Assembly (NCBI GenBank): GCA_951406725.2
Contig: OX597816.1
Span: 134,540,001 to 134,604,000, forward strand
Direction: 5' to 3'
Length of the DNA: 64,000 nt
Source of the DNA: Octopus vulgaris
Lineage: Eukaryota
The notes beneath the pieces were generated by a model. That model did not search any database. It was not told the DNA's origin and was given only the letters and a program-made list of their open reading frames with translations. Both the position numbers and the translations under genes were made by a program. Of the stretch, positions 12,563 through 24,232 are shown piece by piece (positions within the stretch are counted from its first letter, which is position 1; every line of letters begins with the position of its first letter).

Positions 12563-14070
12563 CTGATGAGTGTAACATGATTTCACTTCACATCTCTAGA
12601 ATTTTTTTTTATTCCATACACTTATGGCATTATAAGCATTTGTTATGTAATAGACATGGTTATGGTATAAATCATGGTTTACCTGAAACAGCCATCAAGA
12701 TGTGTGTGTGTGTGTGTATATATATATATGTATGTATGTGTATGTATATATATGTGTGTGTATATGTATATATCTGTGTATGCATGTGTATATATGTATA
12801 TATCTATGTATACATATGTGTGTGTGTATATATATTTGATCTGGCAGAGTTTCTACAGCAGGATTCCCCTCCTAATGCCAACCACTCCGAAAATGTAGTG
12901 GGTGCTTTTATGTGCCACCGGCAAGAGGGCCAGTCAAGCAGTACTGGCAACGGCCACGCGCAATATATATGTATATATATGTGTGTGTGTGTATATATAT
13001 ATGAGAAATTACATAATATGTTAATTTTAAATTATCTAAAATACATACTGCTATTAAAGTTTTCAGAAATAGAAGCACAACAAAACTAAACAAGAGTACA
13101 AGCTTAATTCATTTTACATTGTAAGGAAGAAAGAGAAGAGTTCAGTGTTTCAGATGGTTGTCCTTCATTGAGGAAAAGTAGAGAAGAAAAGACAAGCTGT
13201 AGTAAAACTGCATTATTCTAAAGACTACATGGTATTGAATGAATGATATAGAGAATTGGTAATATGAAATGTTAAGTCACAGAAAAAATGGTTTGTCAAG
13301 GAAAATGATGAGTGATAATAGAGGTGTGTGAGTGTATGTAGTGGGTATATGTGGCTGTTATTGAAGAAGCACAATAGCAGGTGTTTGTGTGGTGCCTGTC
13401 GCTGTGTAGTTTCAGTGATTGGCAACATAGAGATGTGTTATTTATTCAACACCATCAAAACCTTGCAGTAACAGTTTTACTACTTCTGCAGAAATTTATT
13501 TTCCTTCTTTCTTCTTTGTGTTTTCCTCATTGAGAGACGATTAATTGAAATATTATGCTCTCCTCTGTCTCTCCCTTACAGCATAAGATTAATTACCTTA
13601 TACTTTTTTTTTTTAAATTTCTGGTAGCGTAACATTCATTATTTTATTACCCACCGATGCAAATCCCAACTTGACACCAAATTGAACTTATTGTACTACC
13701 ATTAATCTATCATGCAGCTAAAATTCTAAAAGAAAGTGGTTAAATGAAATTTAATGAATTATTTCTTTATGCCAATTTTAAATTGAATTCTTAAATAAAA
13801 ATTCTTTAATTTTTCATTTCTTTGTTTTCTTTTTTTATTTATATATATATATATATCTTGATGGTACTGTATTTTCTTTGTTATAATTCTAAAAGACTTT
13901 ATATTTAGTAATTTTTTTAAATAGATTTTCGTTATATTTATTTATTATGGTTAAGCTTGCTTTGCAACCACACGGCACCTTGAGCAAGTGTCTTCTGCTA
14001 TAGTTCCAGGTGATCCAATGCCTTGTGAATGAATCTGGGAGACAGATGCACACACACACACACATATATA

Positions 14071-14560
14071 CAGGGGTTGGACAAAATAATGGGAACACCT
14101 TAAAATTTCAAACAAATTTATTTTAATATGGGGTAGGACTGCCTTTGGCAGTAATTACAGTTTGAATTCTACGCGGTATGGACTCGTACAAACTTTAAAT
14201 TGTTTCCAAAGGAATTTTTGTCCATTTTTCGGCTAAAACAGTCTCCAGTTCTCACAGTGATGATGGTGGAAGATATCGACTCCTTACCTTGTTTTTCTAA
14301 AATGCACCATAAATGTTCAAAAATATTGAGATCTGGTGGCTAGATAAGATGCCCAACTTCACTAGAATGTTCCTTGTGCCATTCAGGAACAACTTTAGCT
14401 GTGTGAATTGGTGCATTATCATCCTGAAACAGTTCCGCAACCATAAGATGAATCTGATCAGATAAAATGCTTAGTCTTGACTATTAATTCTGCCATGAAG
14501 GGAAACTATTGGGCTGGCGGATTTCCAAGATATAGAAAATCATCACAGATCCTCCACAGG
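14071..14560 (-). mobile_element. Decayed Tc1 transposon 3' fragment
   Basis: TA|CAGGGGTTGGACAAAATAATGGGAACACC TIR; minus strand QDDNAPIHTAK and PDLNIFEHLW remnants. Confidence 0.75.
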
Positions 14561-14561
14561 T

Positions 14562-14697
14562 ATTCATTTTATTGATCCTGAAAGGATGAAAGGCAAAGTT
14601 GACCTTGGTGGAATTTGACATCAGAACATAAGGGTGGACAAAATGCCATGAAGCATTTTGCCTGGCGTGCTAACAATTCTGCCAGCTCACTGCCTAA
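14562..14697 (-). mobile_element. SINE family B, 5' part
   Basis: gaaaggatgaaaggcaaagttgacc..ttctgccagctcactgcc. Confidence 0.75.
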
Positions 14698-17600
14698 ATT
14701 ACTGAAAAATGTATATAGGGTGGTGTAAAACTGCTAGTAGCACCCTCCAAGCTGGTTTTGAAGACAACTGAGAAAGGTAACAAAACATTCATCAGTTATA
14801 ATATAGAGTCACTGCTGCTTAGAGTGGTAATTTTGCATAGTTCTGGTGTCTACTAGATGTATGTAGCCATTCACAAATGTTTTAATAATGAACATGGCCA
14901 AGCACTTGTAAAATATGAACTGTCAATTATTTACCTGTCAGTCTGATAGACATATATATCAAATGTCAATATCAGCTTCATTTTTAGAAATAATAACTTT
15001 CACTTTCAATAAACCACAAATATTAGAAACAGTGAAATATATATATAAACTATGGCAAGACACAACAACATAATAACTTTGACAAGTACTGTATTTTCCA
15101 GCATAAAAGTTGACTGTTTTGGACCAAAATTTACAGCCAAAAAAGATAGGTTTACTTATACACCAAGACAAATTTGGAGGACAAGAAATTCCATGTGAAA
15201 TGCAACAGGGTTTGGAAAGCTAGTGATGATGACTGAATGTTTACTCTACATGTATACATTATATGCTATATTGACTTGTACACTGGAAAATATGGAATAT
15301 ATCTTTTGAAAACAAGAGAAAAACAAAGCTGTAATGATCAATTGCTTAATTTTGAAATTGTTATTAAAAAGTATGTTAAAAGGTAATTATTACTTAGTTC
15401 TGATGAAATTCAATCCTTTTGTGGATCTAGTCCAATGTATCTTTGCTTTTTTTTTTTTAGTAAGGTGTGATTTGATAGAAATTTAGCTGCTATGTCTAGC
15501 AGGTCAGGTAATCATGTAGAGGCCCTCTCATTGATTTTGGTGTTTTCAAAAGTATATTTTATAGGTATACTCAACATGTTTAAGTCTTGGAAAGAACAGC
15601 TTAGAAGAAGAAAAAAACACAAGAAAATACAGAAAGAAATGTTTATCATACAAATGTATATATTTAAATTACAATGATGATATTCATTTAACAGAAACAA
15701 ACAATTGTCCTGAGATTTGAATCTTGTCATAAATGATAACCTGTTGAAATAAATTGCTTTGATTGTTGCACATGTTCCTTTTTATAAAAGATGGGAGTCT
15801 GGTTGAGTGAACTCACTATAGGATTACATTAAGGATTATACTATTGAATGTAGAAGAACGAGAGACAAAACTGAATCTGCCAGGATATGAACTTAGAAAA
15901 ATGAAGCCTCAGAGAGTAAAGTTTTAGTTTAATTCTCTCTTGCCTTAGCTATCTCTTCAATCCTAAATAGATTGCTAAAATAGTATTTAATATGAACATG
16001 AAACTTGATGCCATTATAAGTTATGATGGTCATGCCTTTCACAAGGGCACTATAAATAAATTAAAATGGCTTTGAGCTGGAACTGAAATTACGTGTTGTA
16101 CTTAGCTCATAAGAGATCATTTTTATCCTGAATTACTCTCAAGGACAAAATAAAAGCAGAAACACATAATTATAAGACACTGACATAGACACAAAGATAT
16201 TCAAAGCTACATCTAAAATATGATTGCAAATCTCTAGGTGGATATAACAGCATCATATTGAAGCTAATCATTAATTTTCAGTCCTCTTTGAGTCAATTAA
16301 AACAAAAATTAATCTATCCCTCATATACTTATCAATCCTCTCTAACTTTGAAACTCACAACAAAACAGATTTTCCTTTATTTTATTTGGATAAAGGTAAG
16401 TAAGTTGAGAAATTTATATTAAGTGTTATAGAGTCATGATAAAATAAAGGCCATTTTAATGTATAAATTTACAAAATTACGACAATGATGAAAAAGAATT
16501 TATCATGAGAGTTGGTCCATTGCTTGTTGTTGGGGTTTTAATTAAATAGATAATAGCTCAAAATATGACATACCAAAGTGAAAATATTAGATCTTTTGTT
16601 TTGGTAACAATTTTCACTTTTCCCTGTATGAATTGGTGACAACTACTGCAATCTTTTGCTATCTCTTTCTGGCAGCTTAGCTCCCTTACTTTCTAATTTT
16701 CATTCAAGCTTAGTCTTTCTTGCATGTTAGCTGTCACTTACACTCACTCTCTTATGCTGGATGCCTCTTCCCATTATGCTAACTACCTTTCACTCTTTCA
16801 TACATTCACAACCAATATTCTTTTCCTGGGCCTGGTGCAGCCTTCTGGCTTCACAGACCCCAGTTGAACCATCCAACCCATGCTAGCATGGAAAGTGGAC
16901 ACTAAACGAGGATGATGATGATGATGACTCTAGGCACAAGGCCCAGAATTTTTAGGGAGTGGTGGGGACAGTTGATTAGATCAACCCCAGTACACAACTG
17001 GTACTTAAGGCAAAGTTGACCTCAGCAGAATTTGAAATTCACAACCAATATTATAACATGATTATTAGGGCAAGTTAATTTCTTCATCACAAAATGTTTG
17101 GATCTATTTTGTGTTAGCTGTAACACACGAACATGCCTTGCTTACCAACTTCATAGCCTTTAGGCCATGAGATCAATGCTGTAAACTATTTAACCACTAT
17201 GCCTTTATTAAAAGAATTAAAAAAATGATGTGATTGGTGAATGATAACATAATGACTGAATTAAAGAAAGAGAAACAATTCTTTTAAACCAACAGAAAAG
17301 TTGGTTTAAAAGAATTCTCTGATAATCATGAAAAGTGGTTTCCTTCATAAAGTAGTGACTTGCAGGTCCAAATCCTACTCATTTTAAGTAAGCTCCAGGT
17401 AGGGACCAAAATCACTTCTAATCTTGATTCCTTATTCCATTTTAACATTGGCAACTGTGCTAACAGTCATAGAAGATACAAAGATGACTTAAGCCATGAT
17501 TTGAACTAAAAATTATAAGGCACTGAACCTAGTATCATAAATTAGCTGATGCTCAAGCATTGACTCGTGGCACTTTAATATTTGAAAGACAAGATGAAAT

Positions 17601-18135
17601 TTTATACAATAAGAACAAACCTGATCACCGAGTTCCATCTATATTGCTTTACTTTAGTTGTGTGGTGGGGAAATATAGTGTAATTTCATGTTCTCAATTG
17701 TATATTAAATTAGCTTTTGAGCAAACAATATCAGGACACAAATTTTGGAAAGGAATTGCCTGAAGATCTTGTTTATTTTATGTATGATACAAAAAGAAAT
17801 GTGCAGTCTTCCATTCAAATAATAATAGGGATCTGAATGATATTTTAGAAAACAGAAGTGGTGGGTCATTTAACCGTGAACTCTTTCATAATCAATAATG
17901 TCTACATGTTAATGCTGAATAAACAGATCCTTGAGTTTACAGTGAGCACAAAAAAGAGAAACATTATGAATTATTCTAGAATAAATCATCGAAAACTTGT
18001 TTAGTATAAATTAGCAATAAATTAATTTTTAAAACATTTCAATCTAATGTCTGGTATTTTCAAAATAAAGTTGGAGAAATTTTGAATTTTTTAGGAATGT
18101 AACAAAAATTTTGGAATAAAATGTAATCACCATTA

Positions 18136-20157
18136 TCAGCGATTTTTGTCTTTGTTTGTCAAGGGGAGAAGGTCTTTAACAGGGAAACCATGAATAACCA
18201 ACAATACTGTTGCCATGGCAACAAAAGGGCTTATGAGGAGCCATTGAAGATCATGTAAGATAAGTTTATTAAATCTGACAGGGAAACAATCTTCAAATAT
18301 CTGTCCATGATGATTAGTCATTGAAACAACTATGTGTCCTTGACTTGGCTCTAGCCAAACAGGCACAGTCAAGGAATGATAACCAGTTATGTTATATACT
18401 GATGTAGCTAACAAGTTATTGCCATAGTAAACATGAACTGTGTACTTCTTAGTTTTGTCATAAATTATTGGATCAACAATCTGGAATTCTAAATTAAAAG
18501 AACTACCCATAACGTCTTTCATTTCCTTGGTATGACTATTAACTTCAATTGAAGGCTTGTGCAAAAGGTATGTGAAATCGTTTGGAGTTTTAGTTTCTGA
18601 GGGTAGAACAGTCAGTTTAGCAATATCCATTGCATAATCTTCATTATCATCCATAAAGTTTTGAGAAAGACTTAAACATATAAGAGTACCATCTCTGGTA
18701 GCAGCTAATAGTTCCATATTGTTTGTCTGAGGAACAAGATCGTGTGATAACGTTTGAACAAGGGATGTTTCTCCAATATTGAAATGTGAACTACATTCTG
18801 TATCTGGGCCTAAAATGTACATATTTCCATCTTCGGTGAGTGTAAAAAACAAGGCTTTTGTATCATCATGAATTAGACTGAGAAGGATATTTGCATGAAT
18901 TGGGCTGTTCAGATGTAAAGGGTACCCACTGAAAACACTACCATTATTGCCATGTAACACATAAATATCACCGACATCAGTTGTTACCAAGATTTCCACA
19001 TGATCATCACCATTGATATCTGCAAGACGAGTTCCTGGAGAAGAATTTCCTGAAATTTCAGATTCCCATAATGTTTTACCCAATCTATCCAAACAAGCAA
19101 TGTTACCTCCAGTGTCGATAGCAATAATTTCCAGCATACCATCACTATTAACATCTCCAATTGTTAGCTGTCCATGAAGGGTATCAAATGGTATAGGGAA
19201 ACCGGTTCTAATTATACCATTGGCTTCAATTACATAAAGTTTTCCAGACGATGTGCCAGTAACAGTCTCCAAATGACTGTCATTGCTATCTAAATCAATC
19301 ACAGTAGGAGAAAAGAGAATGTAGGCTGGGAAATTAGCTGTCAACTGTGACAACTCAAGGAATATTGTATTCATAATTTGCATACTGGTTAGATTGAGAT
19401 AAACAATACCACCAACAAGATATTTTTCCAGCTCTGTGATGGAAATATTTTTCTTTTCGATGTTGAAATGCTCGGATGCTCTGTATTCATCTTCATCATA
19501 GAAATAACTTACAGGTATTACAATTTCTTCTCTTCGACCGTCCCTGTTTAAATCAGCTATAATTGGTGTCGCTAGGACGTGTGGCGATACAGGGACATAA
19601 GCAGATTTAACTCCTGATGACACTTCGGCTTTCACATAATTAGCAATGTTATCGGTTGAAGCAATAACTACTTTTTGATACCAGGTCTTTAGAACGTACG
19701 AGGATGGAAGTTGGTGGTACTTTTTCATTCGCGTGCCATTGGACGTGTAGAAAAATAACTCTCCTGAACTTGTACAGAATAACAAATCTAACATACCATC
19801 GCCATCTGCATCGTATTGTAAAGGACTAGCATAAATTGAGCTGTGAAGATTCTGAACTGGCCAAAGAGAGTCTGGCATATGTTGCCCAGTCTGAGCGTCT
19901 AAAACAGTAATACTTTCTGAGAATGGTGCTGCCACTATATTTAATTTGCCGTCGCCATTTACATCAGCTATTAAAGGAGGCGCAGCAAAAGGAGTATTTG
20001 CAACTTCCCGCATCCATATTTTCTGAATATCATATCCACAGTCTGGCTTCATTGAATTGATGGAATCATAAGAAACAGCAAGAAGTACTCGATCCAACAC
20101 GAAAATAATAGCTGATAACCATACGTAAATAAACGGACGTGAAATGGCCACCGCCAT
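18136..20157 (-). CDS. DEX1: Intronless DEX1-like (DEFECTIVE IN EXINE FORMATION 1) FG-GAP repeat type I membrane protein, 673 aa
   Basis: Single ORF with an N-terminal hydrophobic signal, repeated DxxxDG Ca-binding loops (DVNGDG, DADGDG, DLNRDG, DVNSDG, DINGDD) and a C-terminal TM (LQWLLISPFVAMATVLLV). Motifs PLIADVNGDG, ASPLQYD, HVLATPIIAD...VSYFYD, AYILFSPTVIDLD match my recollection of plant DEX1 in order. Confidence 0.88.
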   Translation of the reverse strand: MAVAISRPFIYVWLSAIIFVLDRVLLAVSYDSINSMKPDCGYDIQKIWMREVANTPFAAPPLIADVNGDGKLNIVAAPFSESITVLDAQTGQHMPDSLWPVQNLHSSIYASPLQYDADGDGMLDLLFCTSSGELFFYTSNGTRMKKYHQLPSSYVLKTWYQKVVIASTDNIANYVKAEVSSGVKSAYVPVSPHVLATPIIADLNRDGRREEIVIPVSYFYDEDEYRASEHFNIEKKNISITELEKYLVGGIVYLNLTSMQIMNTIFLELSQLTANFPAYILFSPTVIDLDSNDSHLETVTGTSSGKLYVIEANGIIRTGFPIPFDTLHGQLTIGDVNSDGMLEIIAIDTGGNIACLDRLGKTLWESEISGNSSPGTRLADINGDDHVEILVTTDVGDIYVLHGNNGSVFSGYPLHLNSPIHANILLSLIHDDTKALFFTLTEDGNMYILGPDTECSSHFNIGETSLVQTLSHDLVPQTNNMELLAATRDGTLICLSLSQNFMDDNEDYAMDIAKLTVLPSETKTPNDFTYLLHKPSIEVNSHTKEMKDVMGSSFNLEFQIVDPIIYDKTKKYTVHVYYGNNLLATSVYNITGYHSLTVPVWLEPSQGHIVVSMTNHHGQIFEDCFPVRFNKLILHDLQWLLISPFVAMATVLLVIHGFPVKDLLPLTNKDKNR

Positions 20158-20530
20158 CTTTTATTTGAAATTGGCTCCCTTGCTAATAAAGCTACTGAGA
20201 GTTATTTCTCTTTATTTGATCATTACAAGTCTAAAATACTAAGAGTAGAAATTAATATTATTAAATAATATCAATTTCAACTAGTGGTCAGCATAATTAA
20301 AAATGTCCGCAGATTGTGAATTCTATTTAAATATAAATAATATCAGATATCACTACGTGTATCAGTTGTATGCTAGAAATAGACGTCAAACAGTCTTACC
20401 ACTAAATCTGTGTTCTCAACTTAGTAAGACGCTGGATGTTTATGAGCTAGACAAATGAAAAGAAATAAAGTTCTTTTTGGTTATCTCACACCCATTAAAA
20501 CACTGGCATTAAAAATGGGGTTATCTCCCA
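20151..20530 (-). promoter_or_regulatory. Putative promoter of the DEX1-like gene
   Basis: YY1-type AAGATGGCGG overlapping the ATG (20151-20160), CCAAT at 20170-20174, CRE-like GACGTCA at ~20382, and three related GTTAT(T/C)TC motifs (~20201, ~20480, ~20520). TSS not determined. Confidence 0.45.
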
Positions 20531-20621
20531 TATATACAAACCAGTGAGCTTTATATATGTCCTATCTTATTAATTTTTCTTGAGATTAATTTACATTTAG
20601 GACATTTGAAGAAGTAATATA

Positions 20622-20763
20622 GGATCTTTTCCTTTTGAACGGCACAAGAAAGCCAAGAGAAAAAAATATTTTATTTTGACACACTCTACCAGTATACAAA
20701 GTTTTAAAGTGTTTAGTTAACTAGAAATTGAGTTGACATGTGCCGTTCAAAAGGAAAAGATCC
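20622..20763. mobile_element. 142-bp MITE, Merlin-like (GG...CC termini, 8-bp TSD)
   Basis: Perfect TIR GGATCTTTTCCTTTTGAACGGCACA; TSD GTAATATA at 20614-20621 and 20764-20771. Confidence 0.85.
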
Positions 20764-21178
20764 GTAATATAAATATTACCTTCATAATATAAAACAAACA
20801 TAGCAATTTTAAAAATTTGTTGTAGAGTTAAATCTTAATAAATATTCTCTTTTGATGAAAGCTTTTTCGAAGATTGTTCAGTCGGGAAGAATCCATTTGC
20901 AAACATACACTCACATACATATATATTCCAGCTTGTCAACCTCGTCAACCACAAACGCCAGCCTGTGTGTGTAAATATGTGTATGTATGTAAATATGCAT
21001 GTGTGTGTATGTTTGTATGTATATATATGTATAAGTATGAAATCTTTATTATGATTATAAAAATCGTTACAGAGATAGTACATTACAATACAAAACATAA
21101 TTACAAAAAGTTTACGTTGTTCGTTTGATATTTACATATGATGATTATTGATTATGATACTAGACTTTACTTTTCTCC

Positions 21179-22312
21179 TTTTTTTTTTTTTAATTAAAAA
21201 TGATTTTGGCCAGATAGGTATATCACAGTCAGGTTTCTTACCCGACAGCCTAAGAGCCCAGAGACTATTTTCTCCTTTCATGATGACCAAGCAGGGTTAC
21301 TCACACCCACCTTTTTTATCACATCCTTCCATCGATTCACATACTTTTTCTGTGTCAGGTTCCTCTTCTCCAAATCCATCTTGCTCTTTAGATGGTATCT
21401 GAAGTATTTTAACATACCATATCCAGAGACAAAGGATCCTGACACCAAACCTTCCAATCTAGTTCTCCACACACACTCTTTCAGTACTGCCACCGTACAG
21501 TGAAAACAAGCCTCACCCTTTGAGAGTCCAGCTGGCGGTATCATCTTTATTATAGAACCAGCCGATAGCTGTACTCGTCCCAGATGCGACAACACGTGTT
21601 CTACGTAATTTATTAAGCCTGACAGCTCCTGGCAATGTACAAAAGCGTGCTGAACGGTTTCATCGTCCAACCCACATCTTGGACATGTCGGTGGCACTGA
21701 CAACATTCCATGCCTATATAACTTATCGCGAACAGGTAGAGCATTCCTATAGCACTGCCAAGTCAGGGATTTTTGGTCATTGTCCAAATACCCCGGCTTG
21801 AAAGTCTTCTTAAACAAGTCGGATAGTTGATCCTCATCGAACCCCAGAGCCCCTCTTAGGATGTCGTCATTTTTTGCCTCTACCATCCTTCTATAAAATG
21901 TCGAGGTGGTATTCCCGCAGCCGGCTTTGCCTATCTTGTGGATCAGCCAGAGTGCCTGTCGGCACTCTTTCTGCCATAAAGTCAGATTCCGTCTTTTAAT
22001 GAAACCGGGTTTAAATCTCTCCATAGAGTCCGGTCGCGGGAAGAATTTATCTGCCAGCGGACTCCACACCTTATCACCTTCCAGGTGAAACCAGAGATGT
22101 CTCAGTCTCAGCGCATCATTAACCAAGGCATCCCCAGCACACCCTTTAGTGGTTCCTGGCAACACACGGAGCGCCTTACAAGTGGCTTTCCCCACTTCCA
22201 CAAAAAGCGGAAAAGGAGTCGATCCAACTTGCTTAGCCACAAATCGGGGCAAGGCACGACGGTCAGGCGATAGGTGATGACAGATGCTATAAACACCTGT
22301 ACCACCTCCGCC
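21179..22312 (-). mobile_element. 5'-truncated L1/Tx1-clade LINE (RT C-terminus, zf-RVT, poly-A tail)
   Basis: FRFLWKWGKPLV..C..P..G.LGMP frame shifts (~22110) into a frame with ALPVRDKLYRHG..CPRCGLDDETVQHAFVHC; poly(T) on + strand at 21179-21192. Confidence 0.85.
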
Positions 22313-22508
22313 CTCCCTTTCAGTATAAGTATGCACCCATATCATTGCTTCTTTTCCTTGTTTCTGTAGTTGTTCTCGTAACTCTTGTCAAAGTTCACGT
22401 TCTTACTTTCATTTTCTTTGATTTCTTTCGTTTTTCTCTTATCTCCCTAGGGAATTCGTTGACAAGCTTCTTTCATTTACTTTCTTCGTTTCCTTTAAAT
22501 CTATTTAC

Positions 22509-22926
22509 TCTCTTTTTCTTTTTACTCTTTTTACTTGTTTCAGTCATTTGACTGCGGCCATGCTGGAGCACCGCCTTTAGTCGAGCAAATCGACCCCGGG
22601 ACTTATTCTTTATAAGCCCAGTACTTATTCTATCGGTCTCTTTTGCCGAACCGCTAAGTGACGGGGACGTAAACACACCAGCATCGGTTGTCAAGCAATG
22701 CTAGGGGAACAAACACAGACACACAAACGTATTCACACACACTTATATATATATACATATATACGACAGGCTTCTTTCAGTTTCCGTCTACCAAATCCAC
22801 TCACAAGGCATTGGTCGGCCCGGGGCTATAGCAGAAGACACTTGCCCAAGATGCCACGCAGTGGGACTGAACCCGGAACCATGTGGTTGGTTAGCAAGCT
22901 ACTTACCAAACAGCCACTCCTGCGCC
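22509..22926 (-). mobile_element. tRNA-derived SINE, family A, full length
   Basis: Head GGCGCAGGAGTGGCTG..GGT (A box) and GGTTCAGTCCC (B box), internal microsatellite, conserved 3' module; other copies at 37765-38183, ~25575-26070, ~660-870, ~2455-2680, ~13950-14060. Confidence 0.85.
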
Positions 22927-23031
22927 TATTTAAGGTACACCTTCGTGTTTTTTTTGCCTCGTCTGGCTTGTGGGCCGCTTAATCTCATGGGCCTTGGACC
23001 GCTGCCCTAACTGACCACCTCATCTTAGTGG

Positions 23032-23074
<43 letters not shown>

Positions 23075-23075
23075 T

Positions 23076-23117
<42 letters not shown>

Positions 23118-23280
23118 CTATATTTTTTACAACTTTTTTTTTAAAGTTCCTACCGATAATGGTTATATTTACATACCGAAATCTACCCGAAAATAATTGT
23201 TTTGTTTTTTTTAAATTAATAATTATTTACCCTTATATTATATATATAAATTAGAAAAACCCCCACCTTTTATCAATTCA

Positions 23281-23501
23281 AAATGAACAATTAAATTACA
23301 TTAATAGAAAAATTAGAATTAAAATAACAATAAAATGTCAAAGATTAAGTAAATTGCAAAAAATAATAATAAAAACGTATATAATAGGTTTTATTATTAT
23401 TTTTTGCAATTTACTTAATCTTTGACATTTTATTGTTATTTTAATTTTAATTTTTCTATTATATGTAATTTTCTAGATGGTATAATTTAATTGTTCATTT
23501 T
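23281..23501. repeat. AT-rich near-perfect hairpin with ~95-bp arms
   Basis: aaaataacaataaaatgtcaaagattaagtaaattgcaaaaaataataataaaa pairs with ttttattattattttttgcaatttacttaatctttgacattttattgttatttt. Confidence 0.85.
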
Positions 23502-23839
23502 GGCTTTCATTGACATGGAGAAAGCCTTTGTCAGGGTCCCCCAATCCCTTATCTGGTGGACAATGCGAAAACTAGGGATAGATGAGTGGTTGGTGAAAGC
23601 TGTACAAGCCATGTACAGGGATGCTGTCAGTAAGGTGAGGATTGGCAATGAGTATAGTGAAGAATTCTAGGTAGAAGTAGAGGTTCACTATGGATCCGTC
23701 CTCATCCCCCTCTTATTCAGCATAGTCCTCCAGGCAATAATGGAGAAATTCAAGACAGGCTACCTCTGGGAGCTCCTCTATGCTGATGACCTTGCTCTAA
23801 TAGCTGAGTCACTACCAGAACTAGAGAAGTTTCAGGTGT
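23500..23839 (+). mobile_element. Internal RT fragment of the same RTE LINE family
   Basis: LAFIDMEKAF..LWELLYADDLALIAESL; highly similar to the reverse complement of ~60080-60420. Confidence 0.88.
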
Positions 23840-24232
23840 TTAACACTTCTTTAATTGTCACTCTTACAATCCTCATTTCATTGACTGTTACAACGTATAA
23901 ACATTCAATAACACATTATGCTCAGAAATTTACATTCATCATCCTGCCAGTCTTAAGACAAAGACAAATATACAAGTTCTAAATCATGAAGTCTTAGTCA
24001 ACTACATATTGCATATTTTCTCTTGCTCATCAAATCTCTTCCCTGCCCCCCCCCCCCACCCTCTTCCATTATAGTTTATCATTTCCCTTTATTCGAATTT
24101 TAACCTTAATCTGGAATTGACAATGTAGGGGTCATACAGTTTAAAGAACTCTAGTTTTGTCCTACAACGTTTGAAAATATGTAGAAACTAGAGAACAAAA
24201 TTATTCTTACCCAATACAAAAGAATACTTATA

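Noticed and set aside
79-14100. Matching Tc1 TIRs at 79-108 and 14071-14100 as one composite element carrying the peptidase exons
   Set aside because: The TIRs face outward (tail to tail), so they belong to two separate insertions
18136-20157. Bacterial contaminant or recent bacterial HGT as the source of the intronless FG-GAP ORF
   Set aside because: Embedded among host repeats, host-like AT richness, eukaryotic promoter motifs, and architecture matches eukaryotic DEX1
21278-22345. 355-aa ORF as a host gene
   Set aside because: Chimeric frame: the N-terminal part is off-frame LINE sequence and the rest is the L1/Tx1 ORF2 C-terminus followed by a poly-A tail
22840-22926. tRNA-like sequence with A/B boxes (also ~38100-38183, ~57886-57975)
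   Set aside because: SINE heads continuous with repeat bodies; no complete cloverleaf
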